A DNA stretch of 64,000 nt from Octopus sinensis (Eukaryota). The DNA lies in the NCBI RefSeq assembly GCF_006345805.1, contig NC_043003.1, positions 25,544,001 through 25,608,000 of the forward strand. The letters are read 5' to 3'. The translations under genes were made by a program, and so were the position numbers. Positions 48,886-61,400 of this stretch are shown piece after piece (the stretch's first letter is position 1; each line of letters begins with the position of its first letter). The notes below the pieces were generated by a model. It had not been told where the DNA came from. It ran no database searches and worked only from the letters and a program-made list of their open reading frames with translations.

Positions 48886-49106
48886 ACAGGAATGGGAGTT
48901 TCTATGAGACAACAATCAATGAGTTATATCAATGCAGGTTATATCAATGGAGCTTGGATCCAGCCAGAGAGAAGATGACGTGGTAGCAGATTGGTGCAGT
49001 AGAGAGAACTACAAGAGCTAAGTGACAGGCTTATGAAGAATGGAAGAAAGAGTTCCTCAAAGGACAATATCAGGTAGCTAGAATGGAAGCTGAATATCAG
49101 GTCTAC

Positions 49107-49327
49107 AAGGCGGCAAGCTGGCAGAATCGTTAGCACACTGGGCGAAATGCTTAGCAGTATTTTGTCTGCCGTTACGTTCTGAGTTCAAATTCCGCTGAGG
49201 TTGACTTTGCCTTTCATCCTTTCGGGGTCAATTAAATAAGCACCGGGGTTGATATAATCGACTTAATCCGTTTGTCTGTCCTTGTTTGCCCTCTCTGTGT
49301 TTAGCCCCTTGTGGGTAGTAAAGAAAT
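49107..49327 (+). mobile_element. SINE family C, tail type 1, with TSD
   Basis: 8-bp TSD AGGTCTAC at 49099-49106 and 49328-49335. Confidence 0.9.
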
Positions 49328-49904
49328 AGGTCTACTTAACAAGGAAGGAAATAGAAAGTACCTCATTTTCTGGCATACAAGTCAAATTTTCCAGGCCAAA
49401 ATTTACAACCGAGATAGGTTGACTTATACAACAAAATGACTTTGAAGGAACAAAAGTGCCATGTGAAATACAGCAGGACTTGGAAAGGTAGTGACACTGT
49501 ATGAATGTTTACACTTATATATTTACAGTATATACGACATTGATTTGCATCCCAGAAACTACTGTATGGTTTTTTTCAATATTCTACAATGCAAGATATT
49601 AAAGATTGCAAAATAGCTTGTGAATATAAATAGAACATGATTGGTGAAAACTGTGTACTTAATGATTATAGTGCATTCACCTTCATTGATGCTGAGTAGA
49701 AAGGAGAAAGGAAATGTTGCTATGAGAGGTTGCTAAATGAGAAGAATGCATAGGAGAGAGAGAGGGATTACCTTAAGTAGAGCTAACAAGTCCAGTAACT
49801 GAAATAGCCAGCTATACAGTTGGAAGGGTGATTAAGAATATGAAGACAGAGAAAACAGCTGAATTATTAAAGATAGTCACTGAGGTGCTAGACATATCCA
49901 GTCG

Positions 49905-50135
49905 CATAGAATTTATATTGGCCCACAAGGGGTTAAACAAGTGGGGACAAACAAAGACAGACAAAGGGATTAAGTCGATTACATTGACCCCAGTGCATAA
50001 CTGGTACTTTATTTATCGACCCCGAAAGGATGAAAGGCACAGTCGACCTCGGCAGAATTTGAACTCAGAACATAACGGCAAACGAAATACCACTAAGCAT
50101 TTTGCCTGGCACGCTAACGTTTCTGCCAGCTCACT
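49905..50135 (-). mobile_element. SINE family C, tail type 1
   Basis: Reverse complement of 49107-49327. Confidence 0.85.
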
Positions 50136-50676
50136 ACTTTAATAGTCAATGGCCACTTATATAGTCAATAAGGTTGTAGAGGAAATGTCCATTCCCAATG
50201 ACTAACATAGCAATATCATAAAGAACTGTTTCAAAAGCAAAGGAAATTTTCTTGAAATAAGTAATACAGAGACTAAAGTGATGGTCCAACTTATGAAAGT
50301 ACAAGAACGCATCAATGAATAATATCTCAACTAATTTGGAAGATATTGGTTTAGTTAAAATGCAATTCAGGTTTATGTCACAACAGGGTTCAATTGATGC
50401 CCTTCGTTGTGAAAACAGCTGCGGAAGTTCTAAGCAAGGAGCAAACCATTAATACCTTAGCATTCATTAATAAGGGAAAACTTTTGACAAGTTATCATGC
50501 TTTGTAGTTAGGTAGTTGCTAAGAAAACTTATTTAAATGGCTTATGAGACCCATACAAGTCATAGGATACTGTTGGCAAGGTGAAAGGAATGAGTTCAGA
50601 GAGCAATTTATTTTTTGCAAAATGTTTATTAAAGTTTGTTTCTCAGCCCCTTCATGTTTATTATAATACTCCAGGT

Positions 50677-51065
50677 AAGGCAGCAAGCTGGCAGAATTGT
50701 TATCTCACCGGGTGAAATGCTTTGCGGTATTTCGTCTGCCGTTACGTTCTGAGTTCAAATTCCATCGAGGTCAACTTTGCCTTTCATCCTTTAGGGGTTG
50801 ATTAAGTAAGTACCAGTTATGCACTGGGGTCGATATCGACTTAATCCATTTGTCCTCTCTGTGTTTAGTCCTTTGTGGGTAGTAAAGAAATAGGTATTTC
50901 ATCTGCTGCTACATTCTGAGTTCAAATTCTGCTGAGGCTGACTTTGCTTTTCATCATTTTGGGGTTGATAAATTAAGTACAAGTTAAAGACTGGGGTCAA
51001 TATAATTAACTCATCCCCTCCCCAAAAATTGCTGCCCTTGTGGCAAAATTTGAAACCATTACAAT
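50677..51065 (+). mobile_element. Tandem SINE family C dimer (tail type 1 copy, then 5'-truncated tail type 2 copy)
   Basis: Junction aagaaata|ggtatttcatctgctgc at about 50890. Confidence 0.75.
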
Positions 51066-51965
51066 ATTCCAGGTCATAACAGGAAATTTTAAAACAAATG
51101 ATTGTGAAATTGGGGACATCTGTATGCATATGGCTCAGTTATTTTAGTCTTTCTAAGATTTAAAGAAGAAATTTCAAATGTAAAAGAAAAGCCTAGGAAT
51201 TAGAGACCTCAAATTAAAACTAGTAAAGATAAAAGTTTAATTTAGCAGAGGTAAAAGTAGGATTATATTGACATGTGGAAAGTTGCCAAGCTGATGCTTG
51301 GCAGCTTCACAGATGCAGAAAAGGAGTAGGTGAGAATTTTTTCAATGTCTTAGCTGGAGGAGAAAGGGCAGCAGTCCCAACACTTTCCATGGTTTTTGAG
51401 ACTGGTAGAAGGAAAGGAGGAAGATATCAGGGTCCTGGACTAAACACTCGCAACAGGCACCCAAGGGCAAGATGAACAGATACTCCATGCAGTTTCTTGA
51501 TTTTCATCAATAATAATGGTGCAGTTGCACTAGAAGTCCTTCAGTAGTATTGAACCAGAAACCTCATAGTTCCAAAGCAAACATCTTAACCATGCAGTCA
51601 TTGCTGTGCCTAGTTTAGTTACATCTCACACAGCAGCTAACATTGAAATATTATAATTCTGACAAATTAACTTGACTTCATTATTAAAGTAAATAACTGT
51701 CAGAATGATGTGGATGCATCTGATGGGAATCCAATAAGGATTGAAAATCAATTATGTTTGTTTATCATTTTAATGGCAGTGCATCAGCATGGCCACAGCT
51801 CTGAGCTGAAACTACAGAAAAAATAAATCAACTCACTTTCTCTTAATTCTGGAGTATTTCAGTTTTTGAGTGCTTCACACTTGTAAGCTGAGAAACATAA
51901 TTATATACCAAACATGTGTTTATAAAAGCCTAACATATGTATACATTTAAATTTATATGTATATA

Positions 51966-52150
51966 TGTGGCTGTATGGTAAGAATCTTGCTTCCCAATCA
52001 CATGGTTCTGGGTTCAATCCAACTGCATAGCACCTTGGGCCAACCAAAACCTTATGAGTGGATTTGGTAGAAGGAAACTGAAACAAGTCCATCATATATA
52101 TGTATATATGTATGTATGTATATATGTATGTATATATATATATATATATG

Positions 52151-52194
<44 letters not shown>

Positions 52195-52390
52195 CATACA
52201 TATATCTTTGTGTCTGTGTTTGTTCCCTCCCACCACTTGACAACCAGTGATGGTGAGTTTACATCTCTGTAACTTTGCAGTTTGACAAAAGAGACTGATA
52301 GAATAAGTACCAGGTTTGAAAAAAAGATAAGTCCTGAAGTTGATTTGTTCAACCAAAACCGCTCAAGGCATGGTTGCAATCAAACGACTG
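51966..52390 (+). mobile_element. CORE-type SINE family A
   Basis: Head tggctgtatggtaagaatc, partial core, microsatellite and 3' half. Confidence 0.75.
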
Positions 52391-52399
52391 TTGGTAGTT

Positions 52400-54300
52400 C
52401 ATTGTCTTGACCAATTCCTCCTGGCCCATATTCTCTATCAGAGTGAGTTCTCAAACCATGACATTGTGATGGTGTATAATGTGTACTAGCAGTATAGCCC
52501 AGCATTGCTCGAGCTTGTTTTCTTTTCGACCCTTTAGAATTGGAATTTTTGAAAAGTAAAAATTTTGCATCATGTAGCTTGTTATTATCTTTAAGTGAAC
52601 ATTTTTCTGGTTGAAATACACCGAAAAATGGCAACACAGCAGTAAAAAAATCGTAAAAAATAGGGATTTTCATAGAAAAAAAGCACCTTTTTGATGTAAA
52701 TAATTTTTGGTGTTCACATGGTTCTTTTATCATACTCTCAATTTTGGTCAACTTGCACTGCAGAGTCTCAGAAGAGATAGTGTTAGTTGAAGGCTACCAA
52801 ACCTGCCACACACAGACAACTTCAGCTTTATATATATAGATTACAATTGGAGAAATTACCAGTATTGTGTATGTCTGCTTCTTCTATACATTGAATGTTT
52901 TCACAGTACCCAGCCCTAGCTAAAGCAGCATTATAATAAGTTGCGTGTGATTCGAAAATTTTATTATTAGCGGATAATCTAGAAATTCTTGTAGAAATAC
53001 TCTTAACTAATCCCCATATTATTGAGAGTGGATGGTTGGATGTTACATTTATGTACTTAATATGATCATTTGGCTTATGAAATGGTTCAAATAATCCAGT
53101 ATCAAGACAGAAGGCAGTGTCAAGAAAATTTAGTCTATGATAATCCTTTCCCATCGTAATGTTTAGTCCTAAATTTTTTTTTAAATCTAAAAAAATTTTT
53201 CCTATGTCTTTCTAGTTGTACTTTGCTATTTCTGACCAGAAAAAATAAGGCATTATCCCTAAATAGACCTCCTGTTATTTCCAGAAAGGAGGACTAGATT
53301 AATGAAAGGGTATATATATTCTGACTAGATCTGTGACCTGTGCATTCACATGACCCCATTGCTATATCAAAAACCATTCTCCCTATCTAATTTACTCCAT
53401 AATCCACCATCAAAATCTACTAAAGTGGCTTGTGTGGCAAGTATTATATCAATTTTGCGTTGGGACAAATTGGAATTTCTCATGCTATAAATCAGGGCTT
53501 GATTAAGAAGTTTAAACCATCCAACCACCTCTTGAGAATCAGACCAGAAAGCTAATCTAATTTTAGGTTGAAGGGTGAGTATCACCCTATCAATGATTTT
53601 TTTTATTAATAATACCTTTATCAGATTTCGAAGTACAAATCAATCTAACTGAGGGGTCAATAAGGAAGTTAATTTTATGGTTCTTAAGCATAATCTGGGG
53701 TTTTCTAGGGATGTATCACTCAGTTCTATCATCTATAGCTAAATCTCTAACAATTTGTAACCCTGTATTGTTAATCCTTTTTAGTATGTCGTTTCTAATG
53801 TGTCCATATTTGTTGTGTAATTCCTTCCTAATCATAGATTTATATAACTCAATACCAACAATGTAAATACATTTTAGTACATGGTTTTCTCTCAGACTTT
53901 TACATTGCTCGCTTCACTGCTGTTATTAACACTCACCATATGCACAGCTAAACTAAAAAGATTTTTCTCATTTTAATCGCTTCATTCATCCATTCATCTA
54001 ATCCATAATACTAACATGTACTATCTCCTAAAACCTTAATGGTTTCATCACTGTTCTCTAGTAAACTGGCCATGTGTATTTTCTCTTGCTTTAATCACCT
54101 TATTCATTCATCTAAACCATAATACTAACAAATATTATTTTTTCCCTAAAACATTATTTTCCTTTCTTTTACTGTTTCATAATGTTTTCATTGTTATTCT
54201 CTTGTAAAAATTGACCATTGCTTGTCTGCAATGCACCCACATATACTAGAAATTTATCCTCAATACCGGAAATCTATCCTTAATACCGGAAGCCACTACA
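52400..54300 (-). mobile_element. Penelope-like element remnant (RT domain about 53845-52860)
   Basis: LAIDDRTE...IMLKNHKINF...VRLIC; FDIAMGS; GLFRDNAL (degenerate YxDD); LNFLDTAFCLDTGLFEPFHKPNDHIKYINVTSNHPLSII...ISRLS, the characteristic PLE RT and thumb motifs. No GIY-YIG domain seen; outer boundaries uncertain. Confidence 0.75.
52486..52840 (-). mobile_element. Non-autonomous Helitron, 355 bp
   Basis: A|TCTATATATATAAAG 5' end, 3' hairpin GCTC(G)AGC-AAT-GCTGGGC 7 nt before CTAG|T, no TSD. Confidence 0.85.
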
Positions 54301-54584
54301 GGGCTCTGTCTAGCTGCTATACCTGAAGAATTGTATACCTTTGCCCTCCTTTCCCTCCGCCAAAAATCGCCCACACTCCTGCATGCTCCAAAGAGATATG
54401 TTATTTAGTAAAATATTAGTAAATCAACAAACCACCTACATACATACATACATACATATATATGCTTACATTACACTCACCCCAATAGGGGCAACAATTT
54501 TAACATGTTTAAATGATGATAGATTAAAGCGAGAACAACTGATGTGGCATGTCTGTTATCAAGCGATCAACTGAAACCTTTTCA

Positions 54585-56461
54585 GGTGCTGAATACCATC
54601 ACTCCTTCCCATATTACTTTCCAGGTCCTTTTCCCAGTTTTCTGAGTTAGCACTGTCAATGTAGGCACATTGAAAGGTAGGTCTAACAAGATTGATGAGA
54701 TGCTTGAATGGAGGCATGTCAATGTATGCTGCATCCAAGAGGTAAGGTGAAGAAGAGCTTCAGCTAGGTTCCTCACAGGCAAGACACATAGGTATAAAAT
54801 CTTCTGGGAAGGTAACAGTGACAGGATAGGTGGTGTGGGCATACTTCTTGCTGAGAAACGGGTGGATAAGGTCATAGAGGTAGTCAGAGTTTGAAATAGA
54901 GTGCTTAAGCTCAGGGTAGTCTTGCAAAATAGTATAGCGACAATAATTTTTGCCTCTGCCCCACAAGCAGGCCTACCAAATGAATAGGACCACTTTTACA
55001 ATATTCTTCAGCAGGCTACCTCAAAGACGAGTGACAATGATCTCATCTTTGTGGCTGGGGATTTCAATGAGTATGTTGGACAGCAGACTGATATCTTCCA
55101 TGGTGTCCATGGAAGCCATGGAATTGGTCCCCCAGACAAAGAGGGAACAAGGCATACTGGAGTTCTGTGATGCAAATAACCTATTGATCTGCAACACCAG
55201 CTTCAGGAAGCCAGCCAGTCACCTGATAACCGACTAATCAGGTGACTGTGCTAGCCAGATCGATTACATTCTTACTAGACAGTGAGATACATGGCTGCTC
55301 TTAAATGCAAAGACCCTCCTTGGTGAAGAATGTACCCCACAGCATAGACTAGTCATTAGTAATTTTAGACTCCAAGCCAGAAGATTGCCAAGAAGCAGAC
55401 CAATCTGGAAAAGAAGGCTTTAGAATTTTAAAGACCCTTCATGTGGTCAGAGTTTTAGGGACATCCTAATTAAGAAATTTGATAAGCGGGAGAAGGAGTT
55501 ACAGAGTTGTGACATAGAGGACAACTTGAAATTCCTGCAGGACAGCCTGCTGAGTGCCACAGATCAAATTTGTGTTGGTACAAAGTCCCATTCAGACCTA
55601 GGGTAACATGGTGGTGGAACAATGTGGTAGACAGGGCCATCAGAGCAAAGAAACAGGCCTAGAAGGTTATTTTCTTTACCATGTTGGGGAAGAGTTGGGG
55701 TAGCAGGAAACTGTATCAGATAGCCAGAAGGGAAGCTAGGAAACAGGTATATCTAACCAAGGAAGAAGCAGGAAAGAAGTTTACCTATGTTCAGCGATGT
55801 GAGGACCAAAGAACTGAAGTGTTTCGGATTGCAAGACAGAGTGTGAGAGGAAATCATGATTTCATGGGAGAGAAATGTGTCTACATGGATGATGGTGCAC
55901 TTGAATTTAATGATTCTGCAAAGAAAGAGGCTTGGAAGTGTCATTATGAAAGACTGCTGAATGTGGAGAATGAATGGGAGGAGGAGAGCCTGCCAAATGT
56001 TAACCTAATTGAGGGACCAGCTACCCAAATCGATAGCACCCTGGTACATAAAGCAATTAAGGATATGAAGTCAGAGAAAGCCCCCTGCCCATCAGTGATC
56101 ATTGCAGAGATGCTTAAAATATCTGGCAGTATGGGTTATGGTATAGTCACCTGTATTGTAAATCAGGTGGTTCAAGAAGTTGTACCCAATGACTGGTGCA
56201 ACAACACTATAGTCAACTGCTACAAAGGTAACAGTGATGACTTAAATAGAAATAATTACAGAGGTATCAAATTGTTGGATCAGGTGATGAAAGTTATGGA
56301 GATAGTCATAGCCCTACTAATTAGGGAGAGAGTTAGCTTAGATGAGATGCAGTTTGGTTTTGTGCCAGGGAGAAGCACCCCTGATGCTATATTTCTGGTA
56401 AGGCAGCTGCTGGAGAAATATATAGCCAAAGATAAACTTCTGTGCTTGGCCTTTGTTGATC
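54585..56461 (+). mobile_element. Older RTE LINE: endonuclease to early RT, 3' part deleted
   Basis: TVNVGTLKGRS...CCIQEVR...GGVGILLAEK...VAGDFNEYVG...NYRGIKLLDQVMK...QFGFVPGRSTPDAIFLVRQLLEKY...LAFVD, with stops. Confidence 0.9.
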
Positions 56462-56782
56462 ATACTAATTTCATATCTTCCCAGTTTTTGTTCATCCTCT
56501 ACATTGAACGCTTATACCTTACTGCTATGCTGCATTAAACTTGGTTCACAAGCATCATAGAATCTGCCCTTCACTCAGATAGAGAATCCTCAGCCAGTAG
56601 AGGTAAAAGCTCTGTATATTTTTACCATTCCATTCTTGCTTCAGCCTGCTTTCAAAACCCTGCTTTCACAACTAATCAGCTCACTTGATAACAAAAGGCA
56701 GAAAGCTTTCCTTTCTGAATAAAATGAAAAAAAGAATATTAATCACTGACTAATACTGTTTTTATTTTCCATAACACATAAG

Positions 56783-57212
56783 TAGGTGTAGGAGTGGCTG
56801 TGTGGTAAGTAGCTTGCTTACCGACCACATGGTTTCGGGTTCAGTCCCACTGTGTGTCACCTTGGGCAAGTGTCTTCTATAGCCTTGAGCCAACCAAAGC
56901 CTTGTGAATGGATTTGGTAGACGGAAACTGAAAGAAGCTCGTCGTATATATGTATAAATATATATATATGTGTGTGTGTGTGGTGTGTGTGTGTGTGTGT
57001 ATACGTTTGTGTGTCTGTGTTTGTCCTCCCAACATCGCTTGACAACCAATGCTGGTGTGTTATGTACCCGTAACTTAGCGGTTTGACAAAAGAGACCGAT
57101 AGAATAAGTACTAGGCTTACAAAGAATAAGTTCTGGGGTTGATTTGCTTGACTAAAGGTGGTGCTCCAGCATGGCCACAGTCAACTGACTGAAACAAGTA
57201 AAAGAGAGAGAG
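56783..57212 (+). mobile_element. CORE-type SINE family A, full length
   Basis: Best copy: head with TGGCTGTGTGG and GGTTCAGTCCC, core ccttgggcaagtgtc, microsatellite, tail aagtaaaagagag. Confidence 0.9.
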
Positions 57213-57450
57213 TCATAGTTAGTTTTTTCTTGAATTCACATTTAACAGAAAAAAGAAAAGATAACAATTTTTAAAAAGTAATTTTGTTCATTATAATGAA
57301 AATAACCTTACCCAAAGGAAAACTTTGGACTATCAAGTGGAAGAATATATTTTGTCAACCCTCCAGATTTATATGATTTTACAACATAAATTTGTGACAT
57401 GCTCACTTCAGGAACTGAAAACTTTTACAGAATAGCAATGGCAGCCTTAA

Positions 57451-58053
57451 TCCTTTTGGTGTCAACCTGTCTGAGACTGGTCTTGGTTCTATGACATAAA
57501 CTTCCTATTTTAAAATGATATAGATTAAAATCTACCACAATTTCATACTGTTTACTCTTTACTCTTTTACTTGTTTCAGTCATTTGACTGCTGGAGCACC
57601 GTCTTTAGTTGAGCAAATTGACCCCAGGACTTATTCTTTGTAAGCCTAGTACTTATTCAATTGTTCTCTTTTTGCTGAACCACTAAGTTATGGGGACGTA
57701 AACACACCAGTGTCAGTTGTCAAGCGATGTTGGGGGGACAAACACAGACACACAAACATATGCACGCACATACATATATATATACATATATACGACAGGC
57801 TTCTTTCAGTTTCCGTCTACCAAATCCACTCACAAGGCTTTGATCGGCCTGAGGCTATAGTAGAAGACACTTGCCCAATGTGCCATGCAGTGGGAATGAA
57901 CCCAGAACCATGTGGTTGGTAATCATATTAATTTATGTTCCAAACACCAACCTAACAATAACAACTTTATTTTATTGAATTCTTCATTGGTTTCAAAATC
58001 AATAAATTAAAGCAAAGGCAGTGTATTTCAACCGAAATATGGTGCTGAAAGAG
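57451..58053. mobile_element. Second piggyBac-type MITE family, decayed, with nested SINE
   Basis: TTAA|TCCTTTTGG ... GAAAGAG|TTAG. Confidence 0.45.
57548..57921 (-). mobile_element. CORE-type SINE family A
   Basis: Reverse complement of 56783-57212, lacking the first ~35 nt. Confidence 0.85.
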
Positions 58054-58464
58054 TTAGAGTTAGGCCTTATTGAATCTGACGTGACAGAATTATGAATGAT
58101 GTCTGTTAATTTGGAATATGTTTAGTACTTCAAATTTGAGATCTGTTTATTTTAATATTATTATTTTGGAAAATCTCAAATCAATTGGGATTCTTTCAAA
58201 ATTTTTAATTATCTATGGTGGCAGAAAATCATCTGTGACTGCAGTATCTTAATGATATGAATGAACAATTAGAGAGGAATATTATTGCTGATTTCTAAAC
58301 TTTTGGTCACGTGAAATGGGACTGCATTTTATCAGCTTATCTCTGAGCTGTTTTGAACAGATGTATCAGAATCATTTAATCATTTTAATCAACAACAGAC
58401 CTACAGGGAACTGAAGCAAAAAGTCAAAAGAGGGATACTTAACTGAGAGCAACAATTTATTTTT

Positions 58465-61400
58465 GACAAGGTAATCGAGGTAGTCAGAGTAAGTGACAGA
58501 GTAATTAAAATTAGATTAGTTCTTCACCATAGGACAGCTACCATCATCTCGGCATATGCCCCTCAACCAGGGCTACCGGAAGGACAAAAAGACCAATTCT
58601 ATGACACCCTATTGCGGACTACCTCATTGACAAATGACAGTGACCTTCTCTTCGTGGCAGGTGATTTCAATGGACATGTTGGACGACATGTCGGGGGCTT
58701 CCATGGCGTCCATGGAGGCTACGGTTTTGGCTCTCGAAATGAGGAAGGAACCAGGCTGCTGGAGTTCTGCGATGCAAATGACCTTATGGTCTGCAATACC
58801 CACTTCAGGAAACCCACCTCTCACCTAGTCACCTACCGTTCTGGCAGACACACCAGCCAGATTGACTACATCCTTGCCAGAAAGAGGGAAAGAGGGCTGA
58901 TTATAAATGCCAAAACCTTCCCAGGCGAAGAATGTACTCCCCAACATAGATTAGTAGTTAGCGACTTCAGGATCAGAGCTAAATGGTTGCCCAGAAGAAG
59001 ACCAGCTTGGAGGAGAAGGGTCTGGAAGCTTAAAGATCCTGCAAATGGACAGAGATTTAGAGACATACTACTCGAAGCCTCTGACGAAATAGAAGGGGAT
59101 ATAGCTTCACTTAATGTGGAAGACAACTGGAGATTCCTACGGGACAATCTGCTGACAGCCACTGACCAGATCTTGTGGATGGAGCAAAGTACCATCTCGA
59201 CCCAGAGTAACATGGTGGTGGAACACTGTGGTTGACAGGGCTATTAGACAAAAGAGACAGGCTTGGAAGGACTGGAAGAACGGTGGTAGCAGGGAATTGT
59301 ATCAGACAGCCAAAAGGGAGCTAGGAGACAGGTTTATTTAGCCAGAGGGAAGCAGATAGAAAAAATTTGCCAATGTTCTGAGCCGTAAGGAAGAAAGACT
59401 TGAGGTATTTCGTGTTGCAAGACAGTGTGTGAGAGAGAATCGTGATGTGGTAGGAGAGAAGTGTGTTCGCATGGATGATGGTTCACTTGCGCTAAATGAG
59501 GATGCAAGAGAGAGGTTTGGAGATGCCACTATGAAAGGTTGCTGAATAAAGAAAATGAATGGGATAAAGAGAGTCTGCCGAATGTTGACCCAACAGAGGG
59601 ACCAGCTATCCGAGTTGATAGTTCCGTGGTAGCTAAGGCAATTAGAAGCATGAAGACAGGAAAGCCCCAGCCCATCAGGAATTACTGCAGAGATGCTCAA
59701 AATATCTGGCAGTGTCGGCTATAACCTAGTCACCCGTATAGTCAACCAGGTGATACATGAAGGAGTCATACCCAATGACTGGTGTAGCAGCATACTAGTC
59801 AACTGCTACAAAGGTAAAGGTGATGCCCTGGATACAAATAATTACAGAGGTATCAAGCTGTTGGATCAGGTAATGAAGGTTACGAGAGAGGGTCATAGCC
59901 CAACTAATTAGAGAGAGAGTTAGTTTAGATGAGATGCAGTTTGGGTTTGTTCCCGGGAAAAGCACCACTGATGCTATATTCCTGGTAAGGCAGCTGCAGG
60001 AGAAATACCTAGCCAAAGATAAGCCCCTGTACCTGGCTTTCGTTGACATGGAGAAAGCCTTTGATAGGGTCCCCCGATCCCTCATCTGGTGGTCAATGAG
60101 GAAACTAGGGATAGATGAATGGCTGGTGAGGGCTGTGCAAGCCATGTACAGAGATGCCGTAAGGTTAGAGTTGGCAGCATGTACACAGAAGAATTCAAGG
60201 TAGAGGTTGGGGTCCACCAGGGTTCAGTACTCAGCCCCCTCCTATTTATCATAGTCCTCCAGGCAATTGTGGAGGAATTCAAGACAGGTTGCCCCTGGGA
60301 GCTCCTCTATGCTGACGACCTCGCTCTAATCGCTGAGTCACTATCAGAACTGGAGGAGAAGTTCCAGGTGTGGAAGGAGGGTTTAGAATCGAGGGTCCTT
60401 AGAGTCAACCTAGCTAAAACCAAAGTACTAATAAGTAGAAAGTTAGAAAATCCACAAATATCCTCAGGAAGATGGCCCTGCTCGATCTGTAGAAAAGGTG
60501 TAGGTAGAAACTCTATAAGATGTACCCAGTGTAAGCTATGGACACATAAGAGGTGCAGCAATGTCAAAGGTAGGCTAACTGGGAAGATAGTTTTTGTATG
60601 TGGCAGATGCTCTGGAGCATTGACCTCCGAAAATCTGCAGAAAACAACTTCCGTCACTTTCCGAGGGGAAAAACTAGAAGTGTTGATAGCTTCCGCTATC
60701 TAGGTGACCAAGTCAGTAGTGGGGGCGGGTGCGCTGAAAGTGTAACTGCTAGAATAAGAATAGCCTGGGCAAAGTTTAGGGAGCTCTTACCTCTGCTGGT
60801 GACTAAAGGCCTCTCGCTCAGAGTAAAAGGCAGACTGTATGATGCATGTGTACGAACAGCTATGCTACATGGCAGTGAAACATGGGCCGTGACTGCTGAG
60901 GACATGCGTAAGCTTGTGAGGAACGAAGCCAGTATGCTCCGATGGATGTGTAATGTCAGTGTACTTACTCGACAGAGCGTTAGTACCTTGAGAGAAATGT
61001 TGTACCTAAGAAGCATCAGTTGTTGTGTGCAAGAGAGACGATTGCGCTGGTATGGTCATGTGGCGAGAATGGATGAAGATAGGTGTGTGAGAAAGTGCCA
61101 ATCCCTAGCAGTTGAGGGAACCCGTGGAAGAGGTAGACCCAGGAAACCTGGGACGAAGTGGTGAAGAACGACCTTCGGACGTTAGGTCTCACCATGGAAA
61201 TGACTAGAGACCGAGACCTATGGAAGTATGCTGTGCGTGAGAAGACCCGGCAAGACTAGTGAAGCCATAATCCGTGGCCCCTACCTGGGACGTAGTCAGT
61301 CCACCTGTGCATACCTTCCTTCTTGTGACACTTGTGAAGACCTGTTGAGGCAAGTGAGAATCGAATCGAATCAATCAAATCAAATCGAACCAAATCAAAA

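Larger units (their letters stand above)
48960..51350 (+). mobile_element. Old fragmented RTE LINE interrupted by several SINEs
   Basis: Collinear remnants: GQYQVARMEAEYQVYL (49070-49345), YERLLNEKN...IKNMKTEK (49715-49860), MQFRFM (about 50360), CRKGVGENF (about 51315). Confidence 0.6.

Noticed and set aside
51281-51306. 11-bp hairpin AGTTGCCAAGC-TGAT-GCTTGGCAGCT
   Set aside because: It sits inside a decayed RTE coding remnant and is best explained as a local template-switch inversion.
56783-56860. tRNA-like sequences with A and B boxes (many copies)
   Set aside because: They are SINE heads: no complete cloverleaf or acceptor stem, and always followed by SINE core. No true tRNA or rRNA gene was seen.
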